A DNA stretch of 64,000 nucleotides from Acidobacteriota bacterium (lineage in GTDB: Bacteria > Acidobacteriota > Thermoanaerobaculia > Gp7-AA8), in NCBI GenBank assembly GCA_019244185.1, contig JAFATB010000025.1, forward strand, positions 64,001 through 128,000, given 5' to 3'. Below, in pieces: positions 10,051 through 19,739 of this stretch; position 1 is the first letter of the stretch; the number at the start of each line of letters is the position of its first letter. The translations under genes were made by a program, and so were the position numbers. The notes under the pieces were generated by a model. That model saw only the letters and a list, made by a program, of their open reading frames with translations. It ran no database searches and was not told the origin of the DNA.

Positions 10051-10218
10051 ATGGAGCCACCGAGAAAAGACTGGCAGGAAGAGCGCGGCGGACGGATCGA
10101 TCCGACGATCTCACCCGATGGACCGCTCGACGGCGACGACCGCATCGACGAAGCGATCGCCGAGTCGTTTCCGGCGAGCGATCCGCCGTCGTACAACGGC
10201 GGGATCGACAAGGAGTAG
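10051..10218 (+). CDS. Small acidic protein with a [15 protein letters not shown] motif
   Basis: Recurrent bacterial small-protein motif (D-E[12 protein letters not shown]); TACTCT -10 sits 7 nt before ATG. Confidence 0.7.
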   Translation: MEPPRKDWQEERGGRIDPTISPDGPLDGDDRIDEAIAESFPASDPPSYNGGIDKE

Positions 10219-10232
10219 CGACCCTCGTCTGT

Positions 10233-10667
10233 CTACGGCCAGACGAACGTCACCGGCCCGTCGTTCTCCAGCGCGACGATCATCGTCTCGCGGAAGCGTC
10301 CCGTCTTCACCGTGATCCCGGTCGACGCGAGCTCGCGCACGAAGAGCTCGAACAACATCCGCGCGCGCTCCGGCTCCTCCGCATTGTCGAAGCTCGGCCG
10401 CCGTCCGCGTGCGATCGAGCCCGCGAGCGTGAACTGCGACACCGCCAGAATCGCGCCTTTTGCTTCGGAAACATCGCGATTCATCTTCCCCGCCTCGTCG
10501 CTGAAGATGCGCAGCTCGCGGATCTTTTTCGCCGCATCGCGCATCGCCTGCTCCGCGTCGCCCTTCTCCACCGCGGCGAGCACCAGCAGTCCCGCGCCGA
10601 TCTCCGACACGAGCTCCTCACCCACCGTCACCGACGCGCGTCGCACGCGCTGGATCACGCACTTCAT
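10233..10667 (-). CDS. dtd: D-aminoacyl-tRNA deacylase
   Basis: VIQRV, SQFTL and NDGPVT motifs. Confidence 0.95.
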   Translation of the reverse strand: MKCVIQRVRRASVTVGEELVSEIGAGLLVLAAVEKGDAEQAMRDAAKKIRELRIFSDEAGKMNRDVSEAKGAILAVSQFTLAGSIARGRRPSFDNAEEPERARMLFELFVRELASTGITVKTGRFRETMIVALENDGPVTFVWP

Positions 10668-10748
10668 CGTCACTCCACCTCACGTAGAAAACCGCGGCTC
10701 AGGTATCCGGAGCGGATAGAATCCTGCACGTTCAAGGAGAAACACCGA

Positions 10749-11237
10749 ATGATCAACAAAGTCATCCTGGTCGGCCGCCTCGGCAAAGATCCCGAGATTC
10801 GCTCGACGCCCAACGGAATGACTGTCGCCAAGTTCACCGTCGCCACCGACGAGCGCTTCACCGACCGCAGCGGCGAGAAGCAGGAGCGCACCGAGTGGCA
10901 CAACATCGTGGTGTGGGGCAAGCTCGCCGAGATCTGCGGACAGTACCTGCGCAAGGGAAAGCTCGTCTATCTCGAAGGCTCGATCCGCACCGACAGCTGG
11001 GACGACAAAGAGTCGGGGCAGAAGCGCTACAAGACCGAGATCAACGTCCGCGACATGAAGATGCTCGATCGCCGCGATGACGGCGGCGGCGGTGGCGGCG
11101 GCGGAAGCAGCGCGTACGGCGGCGGCGGTGGCGGAAGCTACGGCGGCGGCGGTGGCTCGCGCGGCGGCTCGAAGGGCGGCGGCGGTTCCGCGCCTCCGGA
11201 CAGTGGATTCGATGATGATGAGGACGTGCCGTTCTAG
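10749..11237 (+). CDS. ssb: Single-stranded DNA-binding protein
   Basis: [23 protein letters not shown], Gly-rich linker, DEDVPF tail; AAGGAG SD. Confidence 0.96.
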   Translation: MINKVILVGRLGKDPEIRSTPNGMTVAKFTVATDERFTDRSGEKQERTEWHNIVVWGKLAEICGQYLRKGKLVYLEGSIRTDSWDDKESGQKRYKTEINVRDMKMLDRRDDGGGGGGGGSSAYGGGGGGSYGGGGGSRGGSKGGGGSAPPDSGFDDDEDVPF

Positions 11238-11255
11238 GGAACGGCACGTATCCCC

Positions 11256-12008
11256 TTACACCAGTCCCGCTCCGAGCAGCTCGCGCGCGAGCAGGTGTCC
11301 CCACATCGAGTGCCCGTCCGCGCGCGGACGAATGTCGCCCGGCATGAAGAACGTGCTCGTGACGCTGTCCCAGCGATCGACGTACAGCGCGCCGCGTTGC
11401 TCCGCGACGCGTTTCGCCATCGCCTCGACCGCGCGATAGCGCTCCTCTGTATCGACAGGCAGCCCGCGCGCGTCGAGCTCGAGGTTCGGCGCGCCCGGGC
11501 CTTGAATCACGACGTGCGTGTCGGGCACGCGCGCGATCGCGGCGACGGTCTCGTCGACATACGACTCGTACTCTGCGACCGTCGGCCGCGGATGCCGCGA
11601 TAAGAGCGGTCGCAGAATCTCGTGCGCGTTCGCGGCTACGCGCGTGAGCGTATCCGGCACCTGCGCCGCGAGCCGCTGCGAGACTTCGCGAAAGTGCTTC
11701 ATGCGCTCGTAGCGCGTGCGCACACGCGCCGGCAATCGCGAGAGATCGGCCGCGCGTCCGCCTTTCACCGCGAGCCAGCCGATCACCTCGATGACGACGA
11801 TGCGCGGATGCGCGCGCAGCGCCTGCTCCGCGCTCGGCGGCAGCTCCGACGGATGCTGATACGGCGCGAATACGAGCTCGAGCGTCGTCCCGGGACGAAA
11901 CGCCTCGACCGCGCGGCGGCAGACTTGCGGGAACGTCGCCTCGGGCGCGACGCCCGGATAGCCGGACGTATGACACTGCCCGAGGAACGCGACGGTGATG
12001 CGCGGCAT
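11256..12008 (-). CDS. SGNH/GDSL-fold protein with atypical catalytic residues
   Basis: FLGQCHTSGY at block I and GDIRPRADGH at block V. Confidence 0.55.
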   Translation of the reverse strand: MPRITVAFLGQCHTSGYPGVAPEATFPQVCRRAVEAFRPGTTLELVFAPYQHPSELPPSAEQALRAHPRIVVIEVIGWLAVKGGRAADLSRLPARVRTRYERMKHFREVSQRLAAQVPDTLTRVAANAHEILRPLLSRHPRPTVAEYESYVDETVAAIARVPDTHVVIQGPGAPNLELDARGLPVDTEERYRAVEAMAKRVAEQRGALYVDRWDSVTSTFFMPGDIRPRADGHSMWGHLLARELLGAGLV

Positions 12009-12523
12009 CAGACGCCGAGGTGGTAACGCTCGCGGAGCACGCCGAGGTGATGCCGTTCGTGGCCGAGGAGGATGTACGCGAGCGCGCGCACGGTGACGGG
12101 GTTGTTGTTCGCGACGCCGCGGCGATCCCACGCGTCCGCGGGGAGATTGCGCAGCGCGACGATGTTGCTGCGGCGCGTCACCGCGTACGCCTCGGCCAGA
12201 TCGCCGATACGCCACGCGTCATAGCCGGCATTGCGCGCGTACGTCTGCTCGTCGAAGCCCGGCAGCGACTCCGTCTCGCCGCGCGCGATGCAGATCGCGC
12301 GGTAGCCCATGATCCGCTCGGTATCGATCATGTGGCCGAAGACTTCCTTCACGCTCCACTTGTCGGCGGCGTAGCGGTACGCGGCGCGCGTCTCGTCGAC
12401 GGACGCCAGCGCTTTCTGCGTCTCCGACGACTGCAGTTCGATCGCGGAGAGCACGTCTTCTTCGGGACAGAGGCTGACGTATCTGCCGAACGCGGGCGAG
12501 AAATCGCTTGCTTCAGGACGCAT
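12008..12523 (-). CDS. DinB family protein
   Basis: YRYAADKWSVKEVFGHMIDTERI..GHERHH. Confidence 0.85.
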   Translation of the reverse strand: MRPEASDFSPAFGRYVSLCPEEDVLSAIELQSSETQKALASVDETRAAYRYAADKWSVKEVFGHMIDTERIMGYRAICIARGETESLPGFDEQTYARNAGYDAWRIGDLAEAYAVTRRSNIVALRNLPADAWDRRGVANNNPVTVRALAYILLGHERHHLGVLRERYHLGV

Positions 12524-12540
12524 CGCCGTATCGTAGCCGA

Positions 12541-12870
12541 TCACCAGACGAAGACGAGGTGCAGATCGCGACGTTCGACGGTCGCGGCGAGCCAGACCTC
12601 CACGAGCCGCGCGGCGTCGGCCGGCGCGTCGCGCCAGAACGCGGCGGCGTCGCGCACGACCAGCGCGAGCGCGGCGCCGTCGAACTCCAGTTCGCGTAGC
12701 CAATGCGCGAGCGCCTCCCAGTCGTCGGCGAAGTAGTCCGGCAGCGCGATGACGTCGCCGATGTCGCGCAGCAGCGTGCCGCGACGCGCGACGATCTCGC
12801 GGATCTCGACGTCGCTCGAGAACAGCGCGTCCGCGTCGTCTTCCGACGCGAAATGCACGGTCCACTTCAT
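12541..12870 (-). CDS. Barstar family protein
   Basis: ALPDYFADDWEALAHWLREL resembles the barstar PxYFGxNWDAL motif; ATGA-coupled to the PP2C gene. Confidence 0.7.
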   Translation of the reverse strand: MKWTVHFASEDDADALFSSDVEIREIVARRGTLLRDIGDVIALPDYFADDWEALAHWLRELEFDGAALALVVRDAAAFWRDAPADAARLVEVWLAATVERRDLHLVFVW

Positions 12871-15302
12871 GCGACGCGGACGACGACGAACGTGACGTCG
12901 TCGTTCGGCGGCCCGTCGCCGTGCCAGCGCCGCGCGGCCGCTTCGAGCGCCTCGATCACGTCGCCGGCACTTCCTGCCTTCGCGGCGGAAGAAAACGCTT
13001 CCATCGCGGCGGCATACCCGAGCTGCTGCCCGGCGTCGTTCATCAGCTCCGGAAAGCCGTCGGAAAGGAAGAGCACCGTGTCGCCGGCGGCGAGCGCGAC
13101 GTCGGTCTGCGCGTAGTCGACGCCGAGCGTGCCGAGCGGCGTCGCGGCGAGCACGATCTCGTCGACGTCCGCCGTCGCCGCGCGATGCACGAAGACGGGC
13201 GGCATGCCCGCCGACGCCAGCGTGAGCGTGCGCTGTTCGAAGCGCCCGAGCGAGAGGGCCATGGCCATGCGCCCGAGCTCCATGCGCTTGATCTTCTCCG
13301 CCGCGTCGCCGAGGAACTCCGACGGCGCGGTCGCGGCCCCGTACCCGGCAAAAAGCGTTTTGATCACGGTGACCATCGTGCCCGCTTTCGCGCCGTGGCC
13401 GGTCGCGTCGCCGATCGTGACCGCGAGCACGTCGCCTTCGACGCGGAAGTCGTAGTAGTCGCCGCCCACCTCGGTCGCGGTCTGCGTGAACACCGCCACC
13501 TCGTAGCGCGGATGGCGCGGCACTTCCTTCGGCAGCATCGACAGTTGGAATGCGCGCGCGTCTTCGAGCTCGACCGACTTCCGCTCGTATTCGACCGCGA
13601 GCAACCGCTGCTGCAGCTCCTGCTCTTTCTGCGCGCGCTCCTGCTGCAGGAGGCGCATCTGATTGAGGCTGAGATCCTCGGCCATGCGATTGAACGCGCG
13701 CGCGAGCTGGCCGAGCTCGTTGTTCGTCTTCACCGGCACGCGCGTCATGAGGTCGCCGTGCGCGATGCGGTCCGCGCCTTCGATCACGGTCTTGACGTCG
13801 CGCGTGAGGTGGTTCGACAGCGGCACGATGCCGATGAGCGCAAAGGCGATGAGGCCGAGGCCGAGGCCGAAGTTCTGCGCGGCGGTGCGCTGCAGCTCGT
13901 CGAGGTTGTCGCCGACCGGACGCGCGACGCCGATGCGCATGCCGCTCGGCGCGTCGATCGAGGTCGACACGATCCACCCCTGAATGCCTTTGATGTTCTC
14001 GCCGCGACGCACGCGCTCCGGGATGTGCAGGCGGTCGAGCTGCGTGCGCTCGGCGGTCGAGCGCGTGTAGACGTTGCCCGCGCGGTCGACGGCGAACGGG
14101 ATCTCGCCGCCGTCGTCGCTCGCGCCGAGGATGCGGCGGATGACCTGATCGGGACTGACGCTCGCGGAGAGCTGACCGACGACGTGGCCCTGCTGGCGCA
14201 CGGGGAGCTTGAACTGGCGGCCGAGAATGAGCGCGGTCTTCTCGTCCTGCACCGCCGACTTCGCGGCATCTTTCGGCGTGAGCGCGCGGATGTTCGCGGT
14301 TGGCGCGGGCTTGCCGCCGCTCGCGGCGAGGGTCGCGGTCGCGCTTGCAGGCGCGGAGGCCGTCGCGTCGGGTGCCGCTTTCGGCACCGGCAGCGGCTGA
14401 AGGTTCGGCGACAGCGGCGCCTTGCGCGACAGCGGCAGCGGCTGCGCGCCGCGCCGCACCATCAGTTCGCGCTGCTGCTGCCGCGCGACATCGAGCGCCT
14501 GATGGATTCGCTGCCGGTACTGCACGCGGTCTTTCTCGGACGCGGCGCGCAAGCGCTTCTGCAGTTGCGCGAGCTCTTTCTGCAGGTCTTCGCGATCTTC
14601 CGTATCGAGATTTGTATCGCCGAGTTGCGCGCCGACGTTGCTGATCTCGTTGAGCAGCTCCTGCTGTTCTTCGGACATCACGTACGGCACCGCCGGCACC
14701 TGCGGCAGGTCGATGATCATCGGCGCCGCGGGCGGCGTGGGCATGGCCGGCAATCCGGGCGAGGCCGGTGCCGTCGGCTGCGCCGGAGCTGCGGGAGCGG
14801 TCGATCCCAACTGCGCGACTTCCGTCTTGTCGTCGTCGGCATCGTCGTCGTGGTCCGCCGGATCGTGATCCGCGTTCGCCTCGTCCTCGTGCTGCGCGCG
14901 CACGACGATGCGAGGCCGCGCCGTTCGCAATTGCGCGAGCTCCGCGGACTTTTTCGCCTCGGCCGCGATGCGGTCGAGCTCTTCTTTCGGCACCGGATGA
15001 AACTCGAGCGAGTCGACGAACGACGCGGCGTCGCCCATCACCGAGACGATGTTGCCGACGTCGCCCGTGTCGCTCTTGTCGGCCGGCAGCGGCAGCGCAG
15101 AGACGACGCTCAATCGCTGGTCGAGCTCCGCGCGGATTCCGGCGAGGCGGCGGTCCATCTGCTTCGTGAGGCGCTCGGCCTCGTGGCGATACGCGGACTC
15201 GAGCGCGCGGCGCGACGAGTGGTACGAGTACGTCACGATCGCCGCCAGCGGGATCACCGCCAGGACGAAGGCCGCGAGGATGAGCTGCGTCCGGATGCGC
15301 AT
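12867..15302 (-). CDS. Membrane-anchored HAMP + SpoIIE/PP2C (RsbU-like) phosphatase
   Basis: Two TM segments, HAMP (NELGQLARAFNRM), EVGGDYYD, IGDATGHG, LSDGFPE, NDDVT. Confidence 0.88.
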   Translation of the reverse strand: MRIRTQLILAAFVLAVIPLAAIVTYSYHSSRRALESAYRHEAERLTKQMDRRLAGIRAELDQRLSVVSALPLPADKSDTGDVGNIVSVMGDAASFVDSLEFHPVPKEELDRIAAEAKKSAELAQLRTARPRIVVRAQHEDEANADHDPADHDDDADDDKTEVAQLGSTAPAAPAQPTAPASPGLPAMPTPPAAPMIIDLPQVPAVPYVMSEEQQELLNEISNVGAQLGDTNLDTEDREDLQKELAQLQKRLRAASEKDRVQYRQRIHQALDVARQQQRELMVRRGAQPLPLSRKAPLSPNLQPLPVPKAAPDATASAPASATATLAASGGKPAPTANIRALTPKDAAKSAVQDEKTALILGRQFKLPVRQQGHVVGQLSASVSPDQVIRRILGASDDGGEIPFAVDRAGNVYTRSTAERTQLDRLHIPERVRRGENIKGIQGWIVSTSIDAPSGMRIGVARPVGDNLDELQRTAAQNFGLGLGLIAFALIGIVPLSNHLTRDVKTVIEGADRIAHGDLMTRVPVKTNNELGQLARAFNRMAEDLSLNQMRLLQQERAQKEQELQQRLLAVEYERKSVELEDARAFQLSMLPKEVPRHPRYEVAVFTQTATEVGGDYYDFRVEGDVLAVTIGDATGHGAKAGTMVTVIKTLFAGYGAATAPSEFLGDAAEKIKRMELGRMAMALSLGRFEQRTLTLASAGMPPVFVHRAATADVDEIVLAATPLGTLGVDYAQTDVALAAGDTVLFLSDGFPELMNDAGQQLGYAAAMEAFSSAAKAGSAGDVIEALEAAARRWHGDGPPNDDVTFVVVRVA

Positions 15303-15367
15303 CGAAGTTCCGATGGTAAGACGAAGAAACTCGTAGAAAGTTTAGCCGGTGCGACCCGACGACGCGT

Positions 15368-16516
15368 TCAGGTCCACTCTTCGCGGCCGGTGCGGCCCTT
15401 CCCCGGCGTCCGCGAGTTCTTGCGGCGGTCGACGTCGGGCACGATGATCTCGCGGTGCGGGCGCGTGCGCTCGAACTCCTCGACGAAGCGCACGGCCTCG
15501 TCGATGACGTCGTCGAACGACGATGCGACCGGCGCGTTCGCGCGCAGCTGCTCGCAATGCGCGCGGTAGACGTCGCAGCGGCGCACGGCTTCCGCGTAGC
15601 GATCGGCGATGCGGCGGTCTTCGAGCACGCGCCGCGCGAGGTACGTCTGCAGGTCGGGCACGCGCTCGATGTGGCTGCAGAAGAGGATGACGTCGTTGCC
15701 GGCGACGAGCGCGCGCTCGGTGATCTCCTCGTACGCGCCGAGATCGGAGACCGCGTGCATCTCCATGTCGTCGCTGATGGCGACGCCGTCGAAGCCGATG
15801 CCCTCGCGCAGCAGATCGGTCGTCAGCTTGCGGCTCAGCGTCGCGGGACTCTCCGACGGATCGACCTGCGGATAGATGCCGTGACCGATCATGATCGCGG
15901 CGGCTTCGTTGCCGAGTCGCTCGAACGGGACGAGATCGCGCGCGCGCAATTCTTCGAGCGGCACGTCGATCACCGTCGCGCCGTAATGCGGATCGGCGGA
16001 TCCGATGCCGATGCCCGGCCAGTGCTTGAGACACGCGGCGACGCCGGAGGCCTGCAGCCCGCGCACGAAGGCGCCGGCGAGATCGATGACGGTTTCCGCG
16101 TCGCGTCCGAACGTGCGGCGCTCGAGACCTTTCGGCGAGAGGCCGCCGGGGATGTCGACGACCGGCGCGAGATCGATCTCGATGTCGAACCAGCGCAGCG
16201 CCATGCCGATCAAACGCCCGAACCATTCGGAGAGCTCGCGCGGCCGCTCCCCTTCGCCGAAGGCTTCCGCGCTCGGCAGTCCCGGCACGAGGTTGCGCAG
16301 GCGATCGACGCGTCCGCCTTCCTCGTCGATCATGAAGAGCGGCGGCTTCGCGGAGAGGCTCTTCACCTCGGCGATGAGGTCGCGGAACTGCTCGGCGTTC
16401 TCGATGTTGCGCCCGAACAGCACGACCGCGTACGGCGTCGACTCGCGGAGGATCCGACGCTCGAGATCGGTGAGGGTTTTGCCGGTGAGGCCGATGCCGA
16501 AAAGGTCCGGGATCAT
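15368..16516 (-). CDS. nagZ: Beta-N-acetylhexosaminidase (GH3, NagZ-like)
   Basis: LFGRN, IDEEGGRVDR, KHWPGIG..DPH, SDDMEM. Confidence 0.85.
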   Translation of the reverse strand: MIPDLFGIGLTGKTLTDLERRILRESTPYAVVLFGRNIENAEQFRDLIAEVKSLSAKPPLFMIDEEGGRVDRLRNLVPGLPSAEAFGEGERPRELSEWFGRLIGMALRWFDIEIDLAPVVDIPGGLSPKGLERRTFGRDAETVIDLAGAFVRGLQASGVAACLKHWPGIGIGSADPHYGATVIDVPLEELRARDLVPFERLGNEAAAIMIGHGIYPQVDPSESPATLSRKLTTDLLREGIGFDGVAISDDMEMHAVSDLGAYEEITERALVAGNDVILFCSHIERVPDLQTYLARRVLEDRRIADRYAEAVRRCDVYRAHCEQLRANAPVASSFDDVIDEAVRFVEEFERTRPHREIIVPDVDRRKNSRTPGKGRTGREEWT

Positions 16517-16540
16517 TGCGCGCGCAGTCTATCCGAAGCG

Positions 16541-19135
16541 TTACGTCAGCTTCTGCTTCAACTCGTATAGCCGGTTCAATGCCTCCCGCGGCGTGAGCGT
16601 GTCGATCTCGAGCTCGCGCAGCGCGTCGATGATCGATTGCTCGTTCGAACTGAAGAGGCCGAGCTGGCGCGTCGACGGCGCGGGACCGCGGCGGCGCGTC
16701 TCCTCGACGAGGTCGCGCTCCTTCCGCTCGAGCGTCACGAGGATCTCGCGCGCGCGGTCGATGACGGAGTGCGGAATGCCGGCGAGCTTCGCCACCTGAA
16801 TGCCGTAGCTCTTGTCCGCCGCGCCGTCGACGACCTTGCGCAGGAAGATGATCTGGTCGTTCCACTCCTTGACGGCGACATTCGCGTTCGCGACACGCGG
16901 CTTCGTCTTCGCGAGGTCCGTGACCTCGTGATAGTGCGTCGCGAAGAGCGTGATGCCGCTGCGCGCGGGGTTGTCGTGGAGGTATTCGATGATCGCCCAC
17001 GCCAGGGAGAGGCCGTCGAACGTGGCCGTGCCGCGGCCCACTTCATCGAGGATGATCAGCGAGCGATCGGTGGCGTTGTTGAGGATGTTCGCGGTCTCGT
17101 GCATCTCGACCATGAACGTCGACTCGCCGCGCGCCAGCTGATCCGACGCGCCGACGCGCGTGAAGATGCGGTCGAAGATGCCGAGGCGCGCTTTCGCCGC
17201 CGGGACGAACGAGCCGGCTTGGTTGAGCAAGACGATCAGCGCGACCTGCCGCAGGTACGTCGACTTGCCGCCCATGTTCGGACCGGTGATGACCTGGATG
17301 CCGTTGCGGTCGCGCTCGACGTCGGTGTGATTCGGGATGAAGCGCTCGGCGGCGATCTGCTCGATGACCGGATGGCGTCCGTCTTCGATGCAGATCTCGG
17401 CGCTGTCGCTGAGCGTCGCGCGGACATACCGATTGCGCACCGCGATCGTGGCCAGCGCGGAGATCGCGTCGATGTCGCCGACCGCGCGCGCGACGCCGAG
17501 GAGCGCGGGACTGAGGCGCGCGACGGCGCCGAGGAGCTCGTCGTAGAGACGCAGCTCGATGGCGACGGACTTCTCTTCGGCGCCGAGGATTTTCTCTTCG
17601 AGCTCTTTGAGATCGGGCGTGATGAAGCGCTCGGCGTTGGCGAGCGTCTGCTTGCGGATGTAGTCGGACGGCACCTTCGCGAGGTTCGATTTCGAGACCT
17701 CGATGTAGTAGCCGAAGACGGAGTTGTAGCGGATCTTCAGCGAGCCGATGCCGGTGCGGTCGCGCTCGCGCGTCTCGATGGCGAGGAGCACCGACTTCGA
17801 GTCGCGTGCGATGGCGCGCAGCGCGTCGAGCTCGTCGTCGACGCCGTTCGCGATGACGCCGCCGTCGCGCACGCTCACCGCCGGATTCGGATCGATGGTC
17901 TTCGCGACGAGCGACACCGCCTCGGCCGCCGACGCGTCGTCGAGCGCATCGCGCATCGAGGAGAGCAGCGGCCCGGCCAGCGGTTGCATCGCCGCGCGGA
18001 GCTCCGTCGCCTCGACGAGCGAATCGGCCAGCGTGAGGCATTCGCGCGGCGTCGCCGTGCGGAGCGTGACGCGCGAGGCGATGCGCTCGAGGTCCGCGAT
18101 CTTCGCGAGCCGCGCCGTGATCTGTTCGAGCACCGCGCGCGTGCGGGTCAGCTCGTCCACCGCATCGTGCCGGTCGAAGATCGCGTCGCGCGCGACGAGC
18201 GGACGCGTGAGCCAGCGCCGCAGCGTGCGCGTGCCCATCGCCGAACGCGTCGCATTCACGACGCTCCAGAGGCTCGCGCGCGGACGGCCGGCATCGCGCG
18301 ACTCGACGATCTCGAGATTCGCCAGCGTGGCCGCATCGAGTTGCAGAAAGTCGGCGTCGTTGTCGACGCGCAGCGCGCGCACGTGCTCGAGCGTCCGCTT
18401 GTGACTCGCGCTCGCGTACCGCAACGCGGCGCCCGCCGCGGCGATGCGCGCGTCGTCGCCTTCCAGCCCGAAGCCGCGCAGCGACTGCGTTCCGAAATGC
18501 TTGGCGAGGTATTCGTGCGCGCCGGCGGTCTCGAAGATCGACGGCTCGAGCTGCGTCGTCGGCAACTGTAGCGGCGCCGCCGCGCCGCGCGGCACGATCG
18601 CTTCCTTCGGCGCGAAGCGCGCGACGTCGTCGACGAGGCGATGGTCGTCGAGCGCGCGATACGTGGTGACGAAGAAGTCGCCGGTGGAGACGTCGAGATA
18701 CGCCGCGCCGACGCCGCCCTCTCCTTCGACGAGCGCGAGGAGGTAGCAGCATTCGCGCTCGACGATCGAGCTCTCCGTCGCGGTGCCGGGCGTGACGACG
18801 CGCACGATCTCGCGCCGCACGAGTCCTTTCGCCTGCGCGGCGTCCTCGGCCTGCTCGCAGATCGCGACGCGCAGCCCGTGACGGATCAGCTTCGCGATGT
18901 AACCGTCGGCCGCGTGGTGCGGCACGCCGCACATCGGCGTCTCGTACTCCTGCCCCTTGTTGCGCGCGGTGAGGACGAGGTCGAGCAGCGGCGCGGCCGT
19001 CTCCGCGTCCTCGAAGAACATCTCGTAGAAATCGCCGAGCCGGTAGAAGAGGATCGCGTCGGGAACCTGGCGCTTGATCTCGAAATACTGCTCGAGCATC
19101 GGGGTGAGTTTGGTCACGGGGCGGGAGGACGACAT
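16541..19135 (-). CDS. mutS: DNA mismatch repair protein MutS
   Basis: TPMLEQY, RLGDFYEMF, ITGPNMGGKSTY, GESTFMVEM, DEVGRGT, SYGIQVA. Confidence 0.97.
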   Translation of the reverse strand: MSSSRPVTKLTPMLEQYFEIKRQVPDAILFYRLGDFYEMFFEDAETAAPLLDLVLTARNKGQEYETPMCGVPHHAADGYIAKLIRHGLRVAICEQAEDAAQAKGLVRREIVRVVTPGTATESSIVERECCYLLALVEGEGGVGAAYLDVSTGDFFVTTYRALDDHRLVDDVARFAPKEAIVPRGAAAPLQLPTTQLEPSIFETAGAHEYLAKHFGTQSLRGFGLEGDDARIAAAGAALRYASASHKRTLEHVRALRVDNDADFLQLDAATLANLEIVESRDAGRPRASLWSVVNATRSAMGTRTLRRWLTRPLVARDAIFDRHDAVDELTRTRAVLEQITARLAKIADLERIASRVTLRTATPRECLTLADSLVEATELRAAMQPLAGPLLSSMRDALDDASAAEAVSLVAKTIDPNPAVSVRDGGVIANGVDDELDALRAIARDSKSVLLAIETRERDRTGIGSLKIRYNSVFGYYIEVSKSNLAKVPSDYIRKQTLANAERFITPDLKELEEKILGAEEKSVAIELRLYDELLGAVARLSPALLGVARAVGDIDAISALATIAVRNRYVRATLSDSAEICIEDGRHPVIEQIAAERFIPNHTDVERDRNGIQVITGPNMGGKSTYLRQVALIVLLNQAGSFVPAAKARLGIFDRIFTRVGASDQLARGESTFMVEMHETANILNNATDRSLIILDEVGRGTATFDGLSLAWAIIEYLHDNPARSGITLFATHYHEVTDLAKTKPRVANANVAVKEWNDQIIFLRKVVDGAADKSYGIQVAKLAGIPHSVIDRAREILVTLERKERDLVEETRRRGPAPSTRQLGLFSSNEQSIIDALRELEIDTLTPREALNRLYELKQKLT

Positions 19136-19476
19136 CAACGAGGTTTCCGAATGCGCAGCAGGGTACCATCCCCGATCGCGAGCTCGATCACGACGGCGCG
19201 GCGCAGACTCGTATGCGGCACTTGATCGAGCAGGACGACCCAGCGATCCTCCGGCGCGCCCTCGCCCTTCTTCGCCCGCGCAACCTGCACGACCTCGTAG
19301 CCGCGATAGCCGCGCGCCTTCGCGATCGCCAGCGCGCGATCGCCCGCTGCGACCGGAAGAAGGCGTCCCTTCGGCCGCGACGGATCCTCCGCGCCGCGCA
19401 ACGCGACGAAGAGCATCGCGCAGAGCACGAGCCACGCGAGATAAAACGGCCACCAGCGGCGGGGACGCGGAGTCAC
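19135..19476 (-). CDS. Small membrane-anchored hypothetical protein
   Basis: N-terminal TM; stop overlaps the mutS start; TATCAT -10 sits 6 nt before GTG. Confidence 0.65.
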   Translation of the reverse strand: MTPRPRRWWPFYLAWLVLCAMLFVALRGAEDPSRPKGRLLPVAAGDRALAIAKARGYRGYEVVQVARAKKGEGAPEDRWVVLLDQVPHTSLRRAVVIELAIGDGTLLRIRKPR

Positions 19477-19493
19477 CTTGTTATGATAAGTGC
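19477..19493. promoter_or_regulatory. Symmetric bidirectional -10 element (TTATGATAA)
   Basis: TATGAT on + and TATCAT on - overlap, each 6 nt before a GTG start; starts are 18 bp apart. Confidence 0.65.
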
Positions 19494-19739
19494 GTGACCC
19501 GCGGCGAGATCGAAGAAGCGCTCATCGGCATCGTCCGCAACGAGAAGGACGTTCCCGCCGAGCTGCTGCGCCCCGAGACGCCGCTGGCGGAAGCAGGCAT
19601 CGACTCGCTCGACTCGCTGACGATTCTGTTCGCCATCGAAGAGCGGTTCGGCATCTCCATTCCCGACGATCGCGCCCGCGCGATGCTTACCTTCGGCGAC
19701 ATGACCACGATCGTCGAGGACCTCCTCCCCCGCTCGTGA
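19494..19739 (+). CDS. Acyl carrier protein (NodF-like)
   Basis: GIDSLD phosphopantetheine site; IEERFGISIPD. Confidence 0.9.
   Translation: MTRGEIEEALIGIVRNEKDVPAELLRPETPLAEAGIDSLDSLTILFAIEERFGISIPDDRARAMLTFGDMTTIVEDLLPRS

Noticed and set aside
9915-10211. N-terminal extensions in the ORF track (leuS; also ssb, mutS, der, acyl-CoA dehydrogenase, acyltransferase)
   Set aside because: Recognisable sequence begins at downstream starts, and the extensions overlap other genes or promoters
11080-11190. (GGC)n tract
   Set aside because: Ordinary Gly-rich SSB linker
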